NCBI GenBank assembly: GCA_963790825.1
Contig: CAWBPM010000002.1
Location: 359,159-423,158 of the forward strand
DNA length: 64,000 nt
Source: Candidatus Levyibacteriota bacterium
Lineage (GTDB): Bacteria > Patescibacteriota > Microgenomatia > Levybacterales > UBA12049
Direction: 5' to 3'
Shown: one piece after another, positions 20,471 to 31,235 of the stretch
Layout of the letters: each line of letters starts with the position of its first letter
How positions within the stretch are numbered: position 1 is the first letter of the stretch
Made by a program: the position numbers and the translations under genes
Notes under the pieces: model-generated
The model's input: only the letters and a program-made list of their open reading frames with translations
Told to the model about the DNA's origin: nothing
Database searches by the model: none

Positions 20471-22297
20471 ATGGATAATTTTACGTCACGCAATATAAGA
20501 AACATAGCAGTTATCGCTCATGTCGATCATGGGAAAACGACGCTGGTCGATTTTATGCTAAAACAATCCCAGACGTTTAGGGAAAATTCTCCCGAAATGA
20601 CCCAAACGACAATTCTTGATTCCGGTCCTCTTGAAAGGGAACGGGGGATAACCATTTTGGCAAAAAATACGGCTATTTACTATAAAGATACAAAAATAAA
20701 TATTATCGATACTCCTGGACATGCGGATTTCTCGGGAGAAGTGGAACGAACCTTGAATATGGCAGACGGAGCACTCCTTATTATTGATGCCCAGGAAGGA
20801 CCTATGCCGCAGACAAAATTTGTTTTAAAAAAGGCTATGGAAATCGGGTTGAAAATTATTGTTGTTATTAATAAAGTTGATAAGAAGTTAGCCGATATCA
20901 AAGATACTATTGAGAAAACAAATGATTTATTTTTAGAGCTGGCACATGTCCCAAATCAGTTAAATTTTTCTGTTTTTTATGCCATCGGGAAAGAGGGGAA
21001 AGCCGAAGATTCGGTTGAAAAAATTAATGATAATTCAACCCTGGATCCGATTATGCAGGCAATTATCAACGAGATTCCTCAGCCGAAAATCAGACTTGGC
21101 CCCTTTAAATTATTGGTTGCTTCATTGGATTTCGATTCACACCGCGGAAAACACCTTATAGGTCGAATTACTGCCGGTGAAGCGGTTTCGGGTTCACCTG
21201 TTGCGCTTCTCAAAGCAGATGGTTCTAAAGTAATGGGTAAACTCGATCATATAACTGTCACTCATGGGTTAAAAAAGGTTGAGGTAGAATCGGCAGTTGC
21301 CGGAGAAATTATCAATATTACCGGTGTTGATAATGCAGAAATTGGCGATACATTAAGCGACCCGTCAGATCTTACAGCCTTACCCAGAATCTCCATTGAG
21401 GAACCCACAATTAAAATTGCACTTTCCAGTAACACTTCTCCTTTTGCCGGTAAGGAAGGACGATTTTCTAATTCCCGGCAAATTTTAGAAAGATTATACA
21501 AAGAGCTGGAAACTAATGTCAGTTTACGTCTTGAAATTTCGGAGAACGGACTTATCATTTCAGGTAGGGGAGAATTACATTTATCGATTCTTATCGAGAC
21601 GTTGCGGCGTGAAGGCTATGAATTTCAAGTCGGAAAACCACAGGTAATTACAAAAATTGTTGCCGGGATTGAGATGGAACCGGTTGAAGATTTATTTATC
21701 GATATTCCTGATGAATTTGTCGGAACAGCTACGGAAGAAATAGGAAAAAGGAAAGGGCAAATGACCAATATGCTACCAAACCACAAAGGTTATACCAGAA
21801 TTGAATATAAAATTCCCTCCAAATCATTGATCGGACTCAGAAGTATATTACTCACAAAAACAAGAGGATCTGTAGTAATTAACACGATCTTTGATTCTTA
21901 TGCACCCATTTCTCCCGCAACTCCCCAACTTCGAAATGGTGCACTTATTGCTTCCGAGAGTGGAGTCGCGCTCGCATATGGCCTGCATAATGCTCAGGAA
22001 AGAGGAATAACCTTTATCGAGCCGGGAACCAATGTGTATGAAGGAATGATCATTGGTCTGAATACGAGACCGGACGATATTGAGGTTAATGTAACCAAGG
22101 AGAAAAAACAATCTAATATGCGCTCAAAAGGCGAGGGTGTTAAATTGGCTCTAACACCTCCGGTTCTAATGAGTCTTGAGCAATGTATTGATTTTCTGGA
22201 AGATGATGAGTTACTCGAAGTCACGCCGTTAAATCTTAGGCTTCGAAAACGCTTCCTAACCCAGCTGGAAAGGATTCGCTATCTTAGGGGACAGTGA
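20471..22297 (+). CDS. typA: Translational GTPase TypA/BipA
   Basis: AHVDHGKTTL, ERERGITILAK, DTPGHADF, GRGELHL, DDELLEVTP. Confidence 0.97.
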   Translation: MDNFTSRNIRNIAVIAHVDHGKTTLVDFMLKQSQTFRENSPEMTQTTILDSGPLERERGITILAKNTAIYYKDTKINIIDTPGHADFSGEVERTLNMADGALLIIDAQEGPMPQTKFVLKKAMEIGLKIIVVINKVDKKLADIKDTIEKTNDLFLELAHVPNQLNFSVFYAIGKEGKAEDSVEKINDNSTLDPIMQAIINEIPQPKIRLGPFKLLVASLDFDSHRGKHLIGRITAGEAVSGSPVALLKADGSKVMGKLDHITVTHGLKKVEVESAVAGEIINITGVDNAEIGDTLSDPSDLTALPRISIEEPTIKIALSSNTSPFAGKEGRFSNSRQILERLYKELETNVSLRLEISENGLIISGRGELHLSILIETLRREGYEFQVGKPQVITKIVAGIEMEPVEDLFIDIPDEFVGTATEEIGKRKGQMTNMLPNHKGYTRIEYKIPSKSLIGLRSILLTKTRGSVVINTIFDSYAPISPATPQLRNGALIASESGVALAYGLHNAQERGITFIEPGTNVYEGMIIGLNTRPDDIEVNVTKEKKQSNMRSKGEGVKLALTPPVLMSLEQCIDFLEDDELLEVTPLNLRLRKRFLTQLERIRYLRGQ

Positions 22298-22392
22298 AGC
22301 TCCTAGGACTTGCGATCTAACTTTCCATTCACATTTCGACGGGAACGAAATCCTTGCGAAGTCCCACTCAGCGGGACGAAGGGGGATAAAAA
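22289..22392. repeat. Dispersed 104-bp repeat, copy 1 (MITE/REP-like)
   Basis: Colinear with 33266-33369; hairpin GTCCCACTCAGCGGGAC; includes the typA stop codon. Confidence 0.8.
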
Positions 22393-22395
22393 GAT

Positions 22396-22740
22396 TTAGC
22401 AGCAATTCTGTTTGTATGTGCAGCGGGGATGGCGAAATTTAAAACGCGTAGGATAACGCAGGCCCTGGACAATACCGCCTGAAACAACTCCTTTTATCAC
22501 AAGCAGATGAAATAAACTGTCAAAGCTAATAAACCCAAGCATAGTTAAGACTGACAACACCAGCCAATGATGAAAATGGTAGGTTTTCGTATGATAATGA
22601 ATCCGAACATTCGGAAGAATTTCAACATTCTTAAAATGGATATGGGGAAGAGCACCTTTCTTTTTTTTGGGGTGAGAGAAGTAAAGAAAAAAAAGATATC
22701 CAATCCCGCCAGACAGAACAAATAAAAAGAGACTATTCAT
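22396..22740 (-). CDS. Hypothetical membrane protein
   Basis: Hydrophobic segments, HFHHW motif. Confidence 0.7.
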   Translation of the reverse strand: MNSLFLFVLSGGIGYLFFLYFSHPKKKKGALPHIHFKNVEILPNVRIHYHTKTYHFHHWLVLSVLTMLGFISFDSLFHLLVIKGVVSGGIVQGLRYPTRFKFRHPRCTYKQNCC

Positions 22741-22806
22741 ATGAATTATTCCCCTCCGCTACAGATATCGTAAGAAAATTGAGAAGAATTGTCAAGGGAC
22801 GGGGGC

Positions 22807-23985
22807 TTAACTACTGATTTCAATTAGAGGTAGCTGTTGGCGATTCTTATCCTGCAAAATTACCGTTTTATATAGCTTCTCAAGCCCGTCTACGGTCGCA
22901 TCGATAGAAAACAATTCTGCTTTTTTATGAGCTTCCAGAGAAAGCTGCATCATTTCCTGGCTATTATACAAAAGGTTAATGATCGCTCTGCTAAACTCTT
23001 TTTGATTATTTCGAACCAAGATACCGTTTTTTCCATTTTCTATAATTCCCTCAAACGCAAGGTCTTTTCGAGCAATAATCGGAAGAGATGAAGCCATTGC
23101 TTCAAGTATTACCATTCCTTGTGTCTCTGTTCGAGAAGCAAAAAGAAAAAGCGCTGCGTCCGCATAAACAAGGGCAATAAACTTCTGCTCGATTGAACCG
23201 GTAAAGTATATTCTTTGTTCTACCAATAACGATCTGGCGAGATCTTGTAATTTTTCACGCTCCGGACCGTCCCCTACGATGACAAGGACCGTGTCGGGTC
23301 GTTTTTGCGACACAAGCGCAAATGAACGGATTAAAAAATCGACCGATTTCTCTTTTCCCAATCTTCCTACATACAGAAGGATTTTATCCGTACTTTTCAG
23401 TTTCAACCTTTTTCTTAAAAAACCTTTTTTTACATTTTGGAATTTCTCCAGATCAAGTCCGTTCGGAATAACCGCGATTGGTTTCTGAACGCCGTAAGAA
23501 ATAAGTTCATCTTTTACTTTCATAGTAGGTGCTATCAGAGAATCGGACATATTGCAGAAAACCCGGCTTGCTACTTCAGTCATTTTTGGCGGAATTAATT
23601 TACCATTGAGAAAGTAGTGTGTGTATTTATTCCACAATGTATGGTAAGTACAGACGAAAGGTACTTTTTTTAGAAGCGCGACTTCCCAGCCAAGAAAAGT
23701 AACCGGTCCCCCCGAATGACCATGGATAATATCAAAATCGATTTTTGATAACTGAATAAGCGATTTGCCGGGCAAATACATAGCCAGCCGCAGCTCCGGC
23801 TGCTTCGGTACTTTTACCGAAGTAAGACGGAATACATTTTTTTTATCCTTAAATCCCGGATAAGACGGCGCGATGATATAAACAGTATGCCCTCTGGCTT
23901 CCAGCTCCCTGGCACATGTATCAACAGATATGGCAACCCCATCAATGCGCGGTAAATAGCTGTCCGTGAAAAATCCGATTTTCAT
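22807..23985 (-). CDS. GT4 glycosyltransferase (diacylglycerol glucosyltransferase-like)
   Basis: FTDSYLPRIDGV, TYHT, YVGRLGKEK, SRTETQGMVILEAMA. Confidence 0.9.
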   Translation of the reverse strand: MKIGFFTDSYLPRIDGVAISVDTCARELEARGHTVYIIAPSYPGFKDKKNVFRLTSVKVPKQPELRLAMYLPGKSLIQLSKIDFDIIHGHSGGPVTFLGWEVALLKKVPFVCTYHTLWNKYTHYFLNGKLIPPKMTEVASRVFCNMSDSLIAPTMKVKDELISYGVQKPIAVIPNGLDLEKFQNVKKGFLRKRLKLKSTDKILLYVGRLGKEKSVDFLIRSFALVSQKRPDTVLVIVGDGPEREKLQDLARSLLVEQRIYFTGSIEQKFIALVYADAALFLFASRTETQGMVILEAMASSLPIIARKDLAFEGIIENGKNGILVRNNQKEFSRAIINLLYNSQEMMQLSLEAHKKAELFSIDATVDGLEKLYKTVILQDKNRQQLPLIEISS

Positions 23986-24103
23986 ACCTTCTTATTATAG
24001 CAAGAGATCTGAACAAGAAACAAGTTATAGTATATAACAAGTTTTGCCTGTAAAAGTGTATATCCACTACTTTCTCACTTGTGTTATTATATATTCGTAC
24101 AAG

Positions 24104-25396
24104 ATGAGAATTAGTAAAGTTCACGCCAGACAAATTCTTGATTCACGCGGTAATCCTACTGTAGAAGCTGACGTTTTTTTAGAAAACAGAGTCATGGGAA
24201 GAGCCGCAGTTCCTTCAGGTGTATCAACCGGTACACATGAAGCAGTCGAACTCCGTGATAATAATCCTAAACTTTATGGTGGGAAAAGTGTTCTTCATGC
24301 CGTTGAAAGTGTTAATACGACAATTGCCCAGGCTATAATCGGTCTGGATGCAGAAGACCAGTCTGCTCTTGACCAAGAGCTACTCAAACTTGATGGTACA
24401 CCGAATAAATCTAAGTTAGGTGCCAATACGATCTTAGCTGTTTCCCTAGCCGCTGCTCATGCAACAGCTAATGAACAGGGATTACCGCTTTTTATGTATC
24501 TACGAAAACTTGCTCACACAACGGATATGCCGAGGTTGCCGGTACCTATGATGAATATTATTAACGGTGGAAAACATGCAGATTGGGCAACGGATTTGCA
24601 GGAATTTCTTATCATTCCTGTTGGCGGCGAAACTTTTAGTCACGCTCTACAAATTGGTACAGAAGTATTCCATAGCTTAGGAAATATTTTGAGAGAGAAA
24701 GGATATTCAACGCTTGTTGGTGACGAAGGAGGATACGCTCCAAAAATGCAACAGGGAAATACTGAACCTTTTGAACTGATAAGTCTTGCCGTAGAAAGAG
24801 CAGGATATGTTTTAGGAGACGATATTGTTTTTGGCATCGATGCTGCTGCGTCTGAATTTTATAAGAATGGTAAATATATTTTGAAAGCAGAAAACAAGGA
24901 ACTGTCGAGTAACGAAATGATCGAATGGCTGGCAGCGCTGGTACAAAAGTATCCAATCATTTCCTTAGAAGACCCGTTAGATCAAGAAGATTGGGAGGGT
25001 TGGAAAAAGCTCACGGCAAAACTTGGAGATAAAATACAGATTATCGGTGATGATTTATTTGTGACAAATACTGAGTTTTTACAAAAAGGCATCGATGAAA
25101 AAGCCGCAAATGCAATTTTAATTAAACCTAACCAGATTGGTACTTTAACTGAAACAATTACTGCTGTGAATATGGCAGATCGAGCCGGATTTAAATCAAT
25201 TATTTCTCACCGCTCAGGCGAAACGGAGGATACAACAATTGCACATCTAGCAGTAGGTTTAGCAGCGGGACAAATTAAAACCGGTTCGCTTTCCCGAACT
25301 GATCGTGTCTCGAAATACAACGAGCTTCTCCGAATTGAAGAAATCCTGGGAACTGATGCAGTATATCCCGGGAAAACAATTTTTACTAAAAAATAA
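24104..25396 (+). CDS. eno: Enolase
   Basis: [31 protein letters not shown]. Start is ATG 24104. Confidence 0.98.
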   Translation: MRISKVHARQILDSRGNPTVEADVFLENRVMGRAAVPSGVSTGTHEAVELRDNNPKLYGGKSVLHAVESVNTTIAQAIIGLDAEDQSALDQELLKLDGTPNKSKLGANTILAVSLAAAHATANEQGLPLFMYLRKLAHTTDMPRLPVPMMNIINGGKHADWATDLQEFLIIPVGGETFSHALQIGTEVFHSLGNILREKGYSTLVGDEGGYAPKMQQGNTEPFELISLAVERAGYVLGDDIVFGIDAAASEFYKNGKYILKAENKELSSNEMIEWLAALVQKYPIISLEDPLDQEDWEGWKKLTAKLGDKIQIIGDDLFVTNTEFLQKGIDEKAANAILIKPNQIGTLTETITAVNMADRAGFKSIISHRSGETEDTTIAHLAVGLAAGQIKTGSLSRTDRVSKYNELLRIEEILGTDAVYPGKTIFTKK

Positions 25397-25398
25397 AT

Positions 25399-26031
25399 AT
25401 GGCATATTTAATACTCGTTCGCCACGGCGCTTCGGAATATAACGAAAAGGGAATTTGGACAGGATGGGATGATCCTAATCTCACAGAAAAAGGTATTCGT
25501 GAAGCGGGCATTGCTGGATCTTTGTTGAAAGACATTCCTTTAGATATTGGTTATACTTCAGCTTTAAAACGTACGACTGAAACTCTCAGTGAAATCGAAA
25601 AAATTTTGCATCGGGAAGATCTTCCGGTCATAGCAACTCATAAACTAAATGAGCGAAACTATGGCGATTATACGGGTAAAAATAAATGGGAGATTAAAAA
25701 GGAAATAGGAGAAGAAGAGTTTTTGAAATTGCGCCGGAGCTGGGACTATCCTGTCCCGAACGGCGAGTCACTTAAACAAGTGTATGAACGTGAAATTCCT
25801 TATTTTGAATCAGAGATCCTGCCCAGGTTAAAAGATGGGGAAAATGTCATTATCGTATCATCCGGAAATGCGCTGCGTGCTTTGGTTAAATATTTGGATC
25901 ACATTCCCGATGATCAGATTACCGGTCTTGAGATCGGACTCGGAGAAATATACGTTTATCAAATAGATACCAGGGGGAAGGTGACTGCAAAAGAAATCCG
26001 CGCAAAAAATCCACTGGCCGGAAAAATATAA
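25399..26031 (+). CDS. gpmA: 2,3-bisphosphoglycerate-dependent phosphoglycerate mutase
   Basis: LVRHG, TGW.D, LNERNYG, RRSWD..PNGESL. Confidence 0.9.
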   Translation: MAYLILVRHGASEYNEKGIWTGWDDPNLTEKGIREAGIAGSLLKDIPLDIGYTSALKRTTETLSEIEKILHREDLPVIATHKLNERNYGDYTGKNKWEIKKEIGEEEFLKLRRSWDYPVPNGESLKQVYEREIPYFESEILPRLKDGENVIIVSSGNALRALVKYLDHIPDDQITGLEIGLGEIYVYQIDTRGKVTAKEIRAKNPLAGKI

Positions 26032-26039
26032 AGTAAATT

Positions 26040-26519
26040 TTATTTTTTTGCAGTCCGTTTAACTACCTTTGAGGAATTGATGATATCTCTCGGTTCGCCG
26101 TCGGGTCCGTCAATTTCATTTGCTCCGGTCATCCTTTGATATTCCAAGAGATAGTCGGAAAGTGCGGCTTGTTTTTCCCTTAACTCCAACCGCATGCTTT
26201 TTACTTTATCCGCTAGTTGTACTACTGCCGGTTGCTTCATAATCTGGTCCCGAGTCGCGGATTTTACTTTATTTGCTTCTTTTACTTTTTTATCGTGTTC
26301 CAGGTAAACCGGACTATTATTAAATGAATCAGCAAACATTTCATTGTGCTTGCGCATTTCCTCGCGGAGCTTATCAATCGTCGCGATGTGGGATTTAATA
26401 AGTTCTTCCAAACTTAAAAGAACGGTGGCTTCGCTATTTGTACTATCGGAACGGGAAGAAGAAACGATATCTCCTTCGACTACTAGTTCCTCATCCTTAT
26501 TGTTGTCCTGGTCATCCAT
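26040..26519 (-). CDS. Hypothetical coiled-coil protein
   Basis: Charged helical ORF; probable start is ATG 26519. Confidence 0.7.
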   Translation of the reverse strand: MDDQDNNKDEELVVEGDIVSSSRSDSTNSEATVLLSLEELIKSHIATIDKLREEMRKHNEMFADSFNNSPVYLEHDKKVKEANKVKSATRDQIMKQPAVVQLADKVKSMRLELREKQAALSDYLLEYQRMTGANEIDGPDGEPRDIINSSKVVKRTAKK

Positions 26520-26588
26520 ATAATTTACTATACAAAATATTAACATAATAAATCAATAGGGGAATCCACTCTCTTTCTGAAATTTGTT

Positions 26589-27614
26589 ATGATAAGAGGA
26601 ATGAATAGAAGATTTTTAGAAATAGATTTACTGCGCGGCCTGGCAATATTTTCAATTATTCTTATTCACACAAGCTACTATTTCTTAAGCGATAAACTCG
26701 CCTTATTTTTGTGGAATATAAATCAATACTCTGTTCCGGTATTTCTTTTTTGTTCAGGTTTTATTTTTTTCAATCGATATCAAAGTATCGATGGTTTTTC
26801 TTTTTTCGAATATGTATATAAGCGTTTTTGCAGACTTCTTATTCCGTATTATATTTTTTTGGTCTTTTTTATTCCGTTAGTAGCAGTTATTCAACCCGGG
26901 AAAGTCACTTTTACTTACATTTGGCAAAGCATTGTATTAATTGGTGGAGTTGATATTAATTGGTTGGTTTTATTATTTTTATGTCTCAGTCTTCTGATGC
27001 CTTTTATTCTGTACCTTTGGCAAAAACAACGAATTCTTTTTTATCTTTTTACTTTTATTTCTCTTCTTACTTCCTTTCTTTTTATTTTCTGGCATTTTCC
27101 CTTTTCTTATAAATGGATTATGTGGCTTACCTGGTCGGCTATCTTGGTTTTTAGTTTATTTTTTGTTAAAAATAGCTTAAAAAAATGGTTTTATCCAGTT
27201 AGTTTAATAACTTCATCAGCGATCTTTTTGATATTGTATTCGTTAGAAAATTCGCTTCATCATTCACTTTCCTTCTACGATAACAAATATCCAGCAAATT
27301 TTTATTATCTCTCGTATGGTATTGCTGCAATTACTCTGCTTTTTTATCTAGCCAAATATAATTTCTTCAAAACACCAGCCAATAAATTGTTAAATTTTCT
27401 AAGTATTTATTCTTACCAAATTTTTTTCATCCATTATTTTCTGCTTACTTTTTTTGTAAATCTGTTACCGAGATTTAATTTCAACTGGCTGACTTTTTTT
27501 CTGACAGTTTTTATATCCAGTCTTTTACTGCAAAAGTTACTTATTGTAACCCGTCCTTTATCTTTCCTGGAAAATTTATGCAAAAAAAATCAACACATCG
27601 AAAAGAACGATTAG
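26589..27614 (+). CDS. Acyltransferase family 3 (OafA-like)
   Basis: R..EIDLLRGLAI....IH, VPVFLFCSG, KR..RLLIPY, SYQIFFIH. Confidence 0.9.
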   Translation: MIRGMNRRFLEIDLLRGLAIFSIILIHTSYYFLSDKLALFLWNINQYSVPVFLFCSGFIFFNRYQSIDGFSFFEYVYKRFCRLLIPYYIFLVFFIPLVAVIQPGKVTFTYIWQSIVLIGGVDINWLVLLFLCLSLLMPFILYLWQKQRILFYLFTFISLLTSFLFIFWHFPFSYKWIMWLTWSAILVFSLFFVKNSLKKWFYPVSLITSSAIFLILYSLENSLHHSLSFYDNKYPANFYYLSYGIAAITLLFYLAKYNFFKTPANKLLNFLSIYSYQIFFIHYFLLTFFVNLLPRFNFNWLTFFLTVFISSLLLQKLLIVTRPLSFLENLCKKNQHIEKND

Positions 27615-27638
27615 TCCAAAATTGCAGCTTTTTCAGTA

Positions 27639-28298
27639 TTACATGATTTCAATCTTTGTTTTTGTTTGTTTTTTATTTTTATAGCGCATAAAAAGAAAGG
27701 CTACGAAGAAAAACAGAAGCGGAATACCGAAGAACAGGAAATAAGTGCGGTGAGCGTGGAGGAGGATAGCTGTTTTGGGACCCAGTCTTCGACCTATGTC
27801 AAGGTATAGCGGTATCCAAAAAATAATTGAAATAAATGTGGAGGCAATAAATGTCTTATACGATACTTTAGAAATTCCCGAGAAAACAGTGATTGGTATG
27901 CGAAACCCCGGAATATGTCTGCCAAAAATAATCACCCATAGACCATATTTTTGAAATTTTTGTTCTACTGCGTCTAGTTTTTTTTGATCCAAATGAATAT
28001 ATTTCCCAATGCTTGTGACAATAAACGGTCCCCACCGACGTGAAATAAAATAAAGTATTGATGAACCCATGAGTACGGCAATTACCAGACTGATAAAGGC
28101 TGTGGGGTAAGAAATTGTTCCTCGGGAAACTTGATAGCCGGTATAAGCAATTACGATATCTCCGGGAACAGGCAGAGGAATTCCAGCTTCTTCGATCATG
28201 AGAAGAAACAGAGGACCCAGAAGCACTTGGTAGTGAAGAAATGAAACAAGGACGTCTTGCAACCAATCATTGTCGAAGAGAATGTTTAACCTAGTCAT
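27639..28298 (-). CDS. DedA family membrane protein
   Basis: EEAGIPLPVPGD, FGRHIPGFR. Confidence 0.92.
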   Translation of the reverse strand: MTRLNILFDNDWLQDVLVSFLHYQVLLGPLFLLMIEEAGIPLPVPGDIVIAYTGYQVSRGTISYPTAFISLVIAVLMGSSILYFISRRWGPFIVTSIGKYIHLDQKKLDAVEQKFQKYGLWVIIFGRHIPGFRIPITVFSGISKVSYKTFIASTFISIIFWIPLYLDIGRRLGPKTAILLHAHRTYFLFFGIPLLFFFVAFLFMRYKNKKQTKTKIEIM

Positions 28299-28385
28299 TG
28301 GAGATATTATAGTATAACCAGTCTTAAAAATCTCAGTGGACTATACTAGCCCAATCGGAAAGGTTATCTTATTATTTCTAAGCTG

Positions 28386-31028
28386 TTATTGTTCTTTTAC
28401 CGTATGAACAATAATCGGATCTACGACATAATAATTATTATCAACAATATTTTCTTTGATCACTTTATAGGTTGGCATACCTTTTAGCAAACTAAAATCG
28501 ACATTTCGAAAATCGTCATGGAAGAAAATTACTGCTTTGATTCTCGGCATTGATGGAATATCTTTTTTAAGCGTATCGGCAAACCACTGTCCTTTATCCC
28601 CGCCGATACTCGTAGATGAAGTTTCAGTGACCATAATCGGCTTATTAATCTTAATTAACTCCTGATATGCCGCTTGAGAAAGATCTTTAAAGATCGTCCA
28701 TTTTGTTAAAAAGCCGCTTTCGCCCCAGTTAAATCCGCTGTAACCAATCCAATCTACATATTTGTCTCCCGGATAGTAACTAAGCATAGAATCTGAACTT
28801 CCGTATGCATCGGTATTATTCGGAGACCATACCCAAATAACATTATCTGCGTGTTCCTGGGCAAAGATATTATACACATGGATCCACATTTGTTTGTAGT
28901 CTTCGGGCGTATTGCCAAAAGCATTACCCCATGGATACCAGTCTCCATTCATTTCTTGGGCGAACCGGAGAAAGAACGGTTTTTTATATGCAGCAGCTTC
29001 CCGAGCCCAGCTTCTGATAAAGTCATCATACTTACCGCTGGTAATTACTTTTGGATAAAATTCTTCTTGATTGATAATACCTTGGGCTGCCTTCTTCGCG
29101 TCCCATGGTTCCCAGGTGATAACCGGAATAACATTTTGCTCGGCAATCTGATCAACGAAGGGCTTATCAAATCCTGCCTGATTACCCCAATCCTCATAGT
29201 ACATTGCCAGACTTGGCTTCTCTCCCGGGATTATGCTAAGTTTCGGATTATCCGGGTGTTGATTGAGCTGAGGCTGGTAATATCCATAATATGCACCCGT
29301 ACTCGGCACCATTAATTCTTGGGCTATCACTTTTCCCTGCGCCGCATTAACCAAAAGATACATATTATCCATCGTGACTACGCTTCTGAAACTCGGGGTT
29401 CTTGAGATAATTATGCCAAAGACGATAATCATTGCGGGAATAAGTACTCGTTTTATGGGAAAATTAAAATTTCCTAAATGTGCAGTTACGTAGAGCCTTT
29501 CGTCCAATTTTTTTCCATAGTTATCCCGAAGTATTAAGAAAAATCCAAGAAACAGGAAGCTGACATCAAAAGATGCCCAAAGGTAATTAATATAGGTTGC
29601 AAGCGGATTACCGCTCGAGGCTTTCGTTATACTATAGATAAGTCCCGCTAACAACGTAGCCATAACCACAAACTGCAGCTTATAAACCTGAAAAATATTT
29701 TCTTTTTCATACTTTTTAATGGTAACAATAAAAGCCAGGTTTTTCTTAAGGATACTGGAAAGAAAGGCTGAAACAAAGATAGGAAAGGAAATAAGATCCA
29801 ATACCAGACTCTTTAATGGCTCCTTAAAAAGTAGTAAATATAAAATAAAATTAAACATAAAAAGCGGAGCATAAATAAAGGTTAAAAATCCCAGAGTATT
29901 TGCCCGAATCAGTGATACGCCAAAAAATAAGAAGGGGATAGGCGCTAGCATAAGAATAAAATCACGCACTCCGATTAGGTAATATGTAGCAGAAAGAAGA
30001 TAATGAAACTTTTGTTTATAAGTTAACGGACCGAACAATAATTTCCCCAAATAAGTAAATGACGCATCAAATGTGCCTTTTGCCCATCTACGCTGTTGGT
30101 TAAAGTACGCTTTGAGTGTAGAAGGCGCGACTCCAAGAGCTAATACTTTTGCGATAAATACTCCTTTTTTCCCGGATAAATGCAAATTAAGAGAAGTTGA
30201 GTAGTCCTCGGTAATAAAGCGCGTATCCATACCATCAACTGAGTTAAGCGCTTCTCTACGAATGGCAAAATTGGTTCCACAAAGAAAAAGTGCATTATCA
30301 TGCGCCTTTGCATTACAAATATAATCAAAGAAGTATATTTGATGAGCCGCTGCCGCTTTGGCAACCCAAGTCATCTCATTTTTATAGCGCTGAGGAGTCT
30401 GCACAAAGTCAACCGAATCATCAACAAATGGTTTTGTAATTTCTGTTAAAAGTTCCGGCTTTGCAGAGAAGTCAGCATCAAAAACTATGTCAATGGTATT
30501 GTGAGGATCGTAGGTTATTAATTGAGAAATCCCATTATTAATATTTCCGGCTTTGAATCCGTCACTTGAATTACGAGTTGAATAATAAACATTTAAGTCT
30601 ACACAGAGTTGAATGATCTCGTTCCAATTATCTTTTTTCGCAGCATATCCGTCATTAAGCACAACTATTCGCGGCTCTTTGTCAGGATGAACTACAGCGA
30701 TATATTGCTTCACTGTCTCTTTCGCAGCTAATATTGTTTCCCGTACTAATTCTACCGGTTCACCACACACACAAATGAGCAGGTTTAATTCCAAATTTTT
30801 ATTATAATTAATATCGCTATAGGTCTTATATTTTCGTGGCCACAGTGAATAAACCATTCCAAAAAAGTGAAATATAGTGTGAAGCTCTGCCAGAAACAAA
30901 AGGAGACTAAATATAACGAGCGCCGGAGAGAAATTGACCAATTGTATACGCACAAATAAGTATGCCAGGATTAATAATAATCCGTACAATAAAAGGAAGC
31001 GAATAAAAAGTTTTCTCAGGATAAACAT
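28386..31028 (-). CDS. Cellulose-synthase-like GT2 fused to a C-terminal GH26 hydrolase
   Basis: KAGN, FDAD, QTPQ, CGTN, TED, QQRRW; TM block; then ITWEPW, RFAQEMNGDWYPW, WVWSPN, YYPGDKYVDW, IMVTET. Confidence 0.9.
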   Translation of the reverse strand: MFILRKLFIRFLLLYGLLLILAYLFVRIQLVNFSPALVIFSLLLFLAELHTIFHFFGMVYSLWPRKYKTYSDINYNKNLELNLLICVCGEPVELVRETILAAKETVKQYIAVVHPDKEPRIVVLNDGYAAKKDNWNEIIQLCVDLNVYYSTRNSSDGFKAGNINNGISQLITYDPHNTIDIVFDADFSAKPELLTEITKPFVDDSVDFVQTPQRYKNEMTWVAKAAAAHQIYFFDYICNAKAHDNALFLCGTNFAIRREALNSVDGMDTRFITEDYSTSLNLHLSGKKGVFIAKVLALGVAPSTLKAYFNQQRRWAKGTFDASFTYLGKLLFGPLTYKQKFHYLLSATYYLIGVRDFILMLAPIPFLFFGVSLIRANTLGFLTFIYAPLFMFNFILYLLLFKEPLKSLVLDLISFPIFVSAFLSSILKKNLAFIVTIKKYEKENIFQVYKLQFVVMATLLAGLIYSITKASSGNPLATYINYLWASFDVSFLFLGFFLILRDNYGKKLDERLYVTAHLGNFNFPIKRVLIPAMIIVFGIIISRTPSFRSVVTMDNMYLLVNAAQGKVIAQELMVPSTGAYYGYYQPQLNQHPDNPKLSIIPGEKPSLAMYYEDWGNQAGFDKPFVDQIAEQNVIPVITWEPWDAKKAAQGIINQEEFYPKVITSGKYDDFIRSWAREAAAYKKPFFLRFAQEMNGDWYPWGNAFGNTPEDYKQMWIHVYNIFAQEHADNVIWVWSPNNTDAYGSSDSMLSYYPGDKYVDWIGYSGFNWGESGFLTKWTIFKDLSQAAYQELIKINKPIMVTETSSTSIGGDKGQWFADTLKKDIPSMPRIKAVIFFHDDFRNVDFSLLKGMPTYKVIKENIVDNNYYVVDPIIVHTVKEQ

Positions 31029-31235
31029 AACTATAGGATATTATAGGGGAAATTTTAGTCTTTGTCAAGCTATAGGACTACTCTATCTGAAGTAAATCGA
31101 GGCTATTTTAATCTGATTATGGGTCTACGTGATAAATTGAGCCTAAACGAGCCTGAATAGAGACTTAACCACGGCTGGGAAGCTGCCCGTCTTATGCCTT
31201 ATTTACCCGGGAAACAGGTCGTAATACAGAGGTAG

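Noticed and set aside
31140-31235. GC-richer intergenic stretch as a possible ncRNA (SRP or riboswitch)
   Set aside because: No SRP GGAA-loop/AGCAG motif or recognisable aptamer consensus was found by eye.
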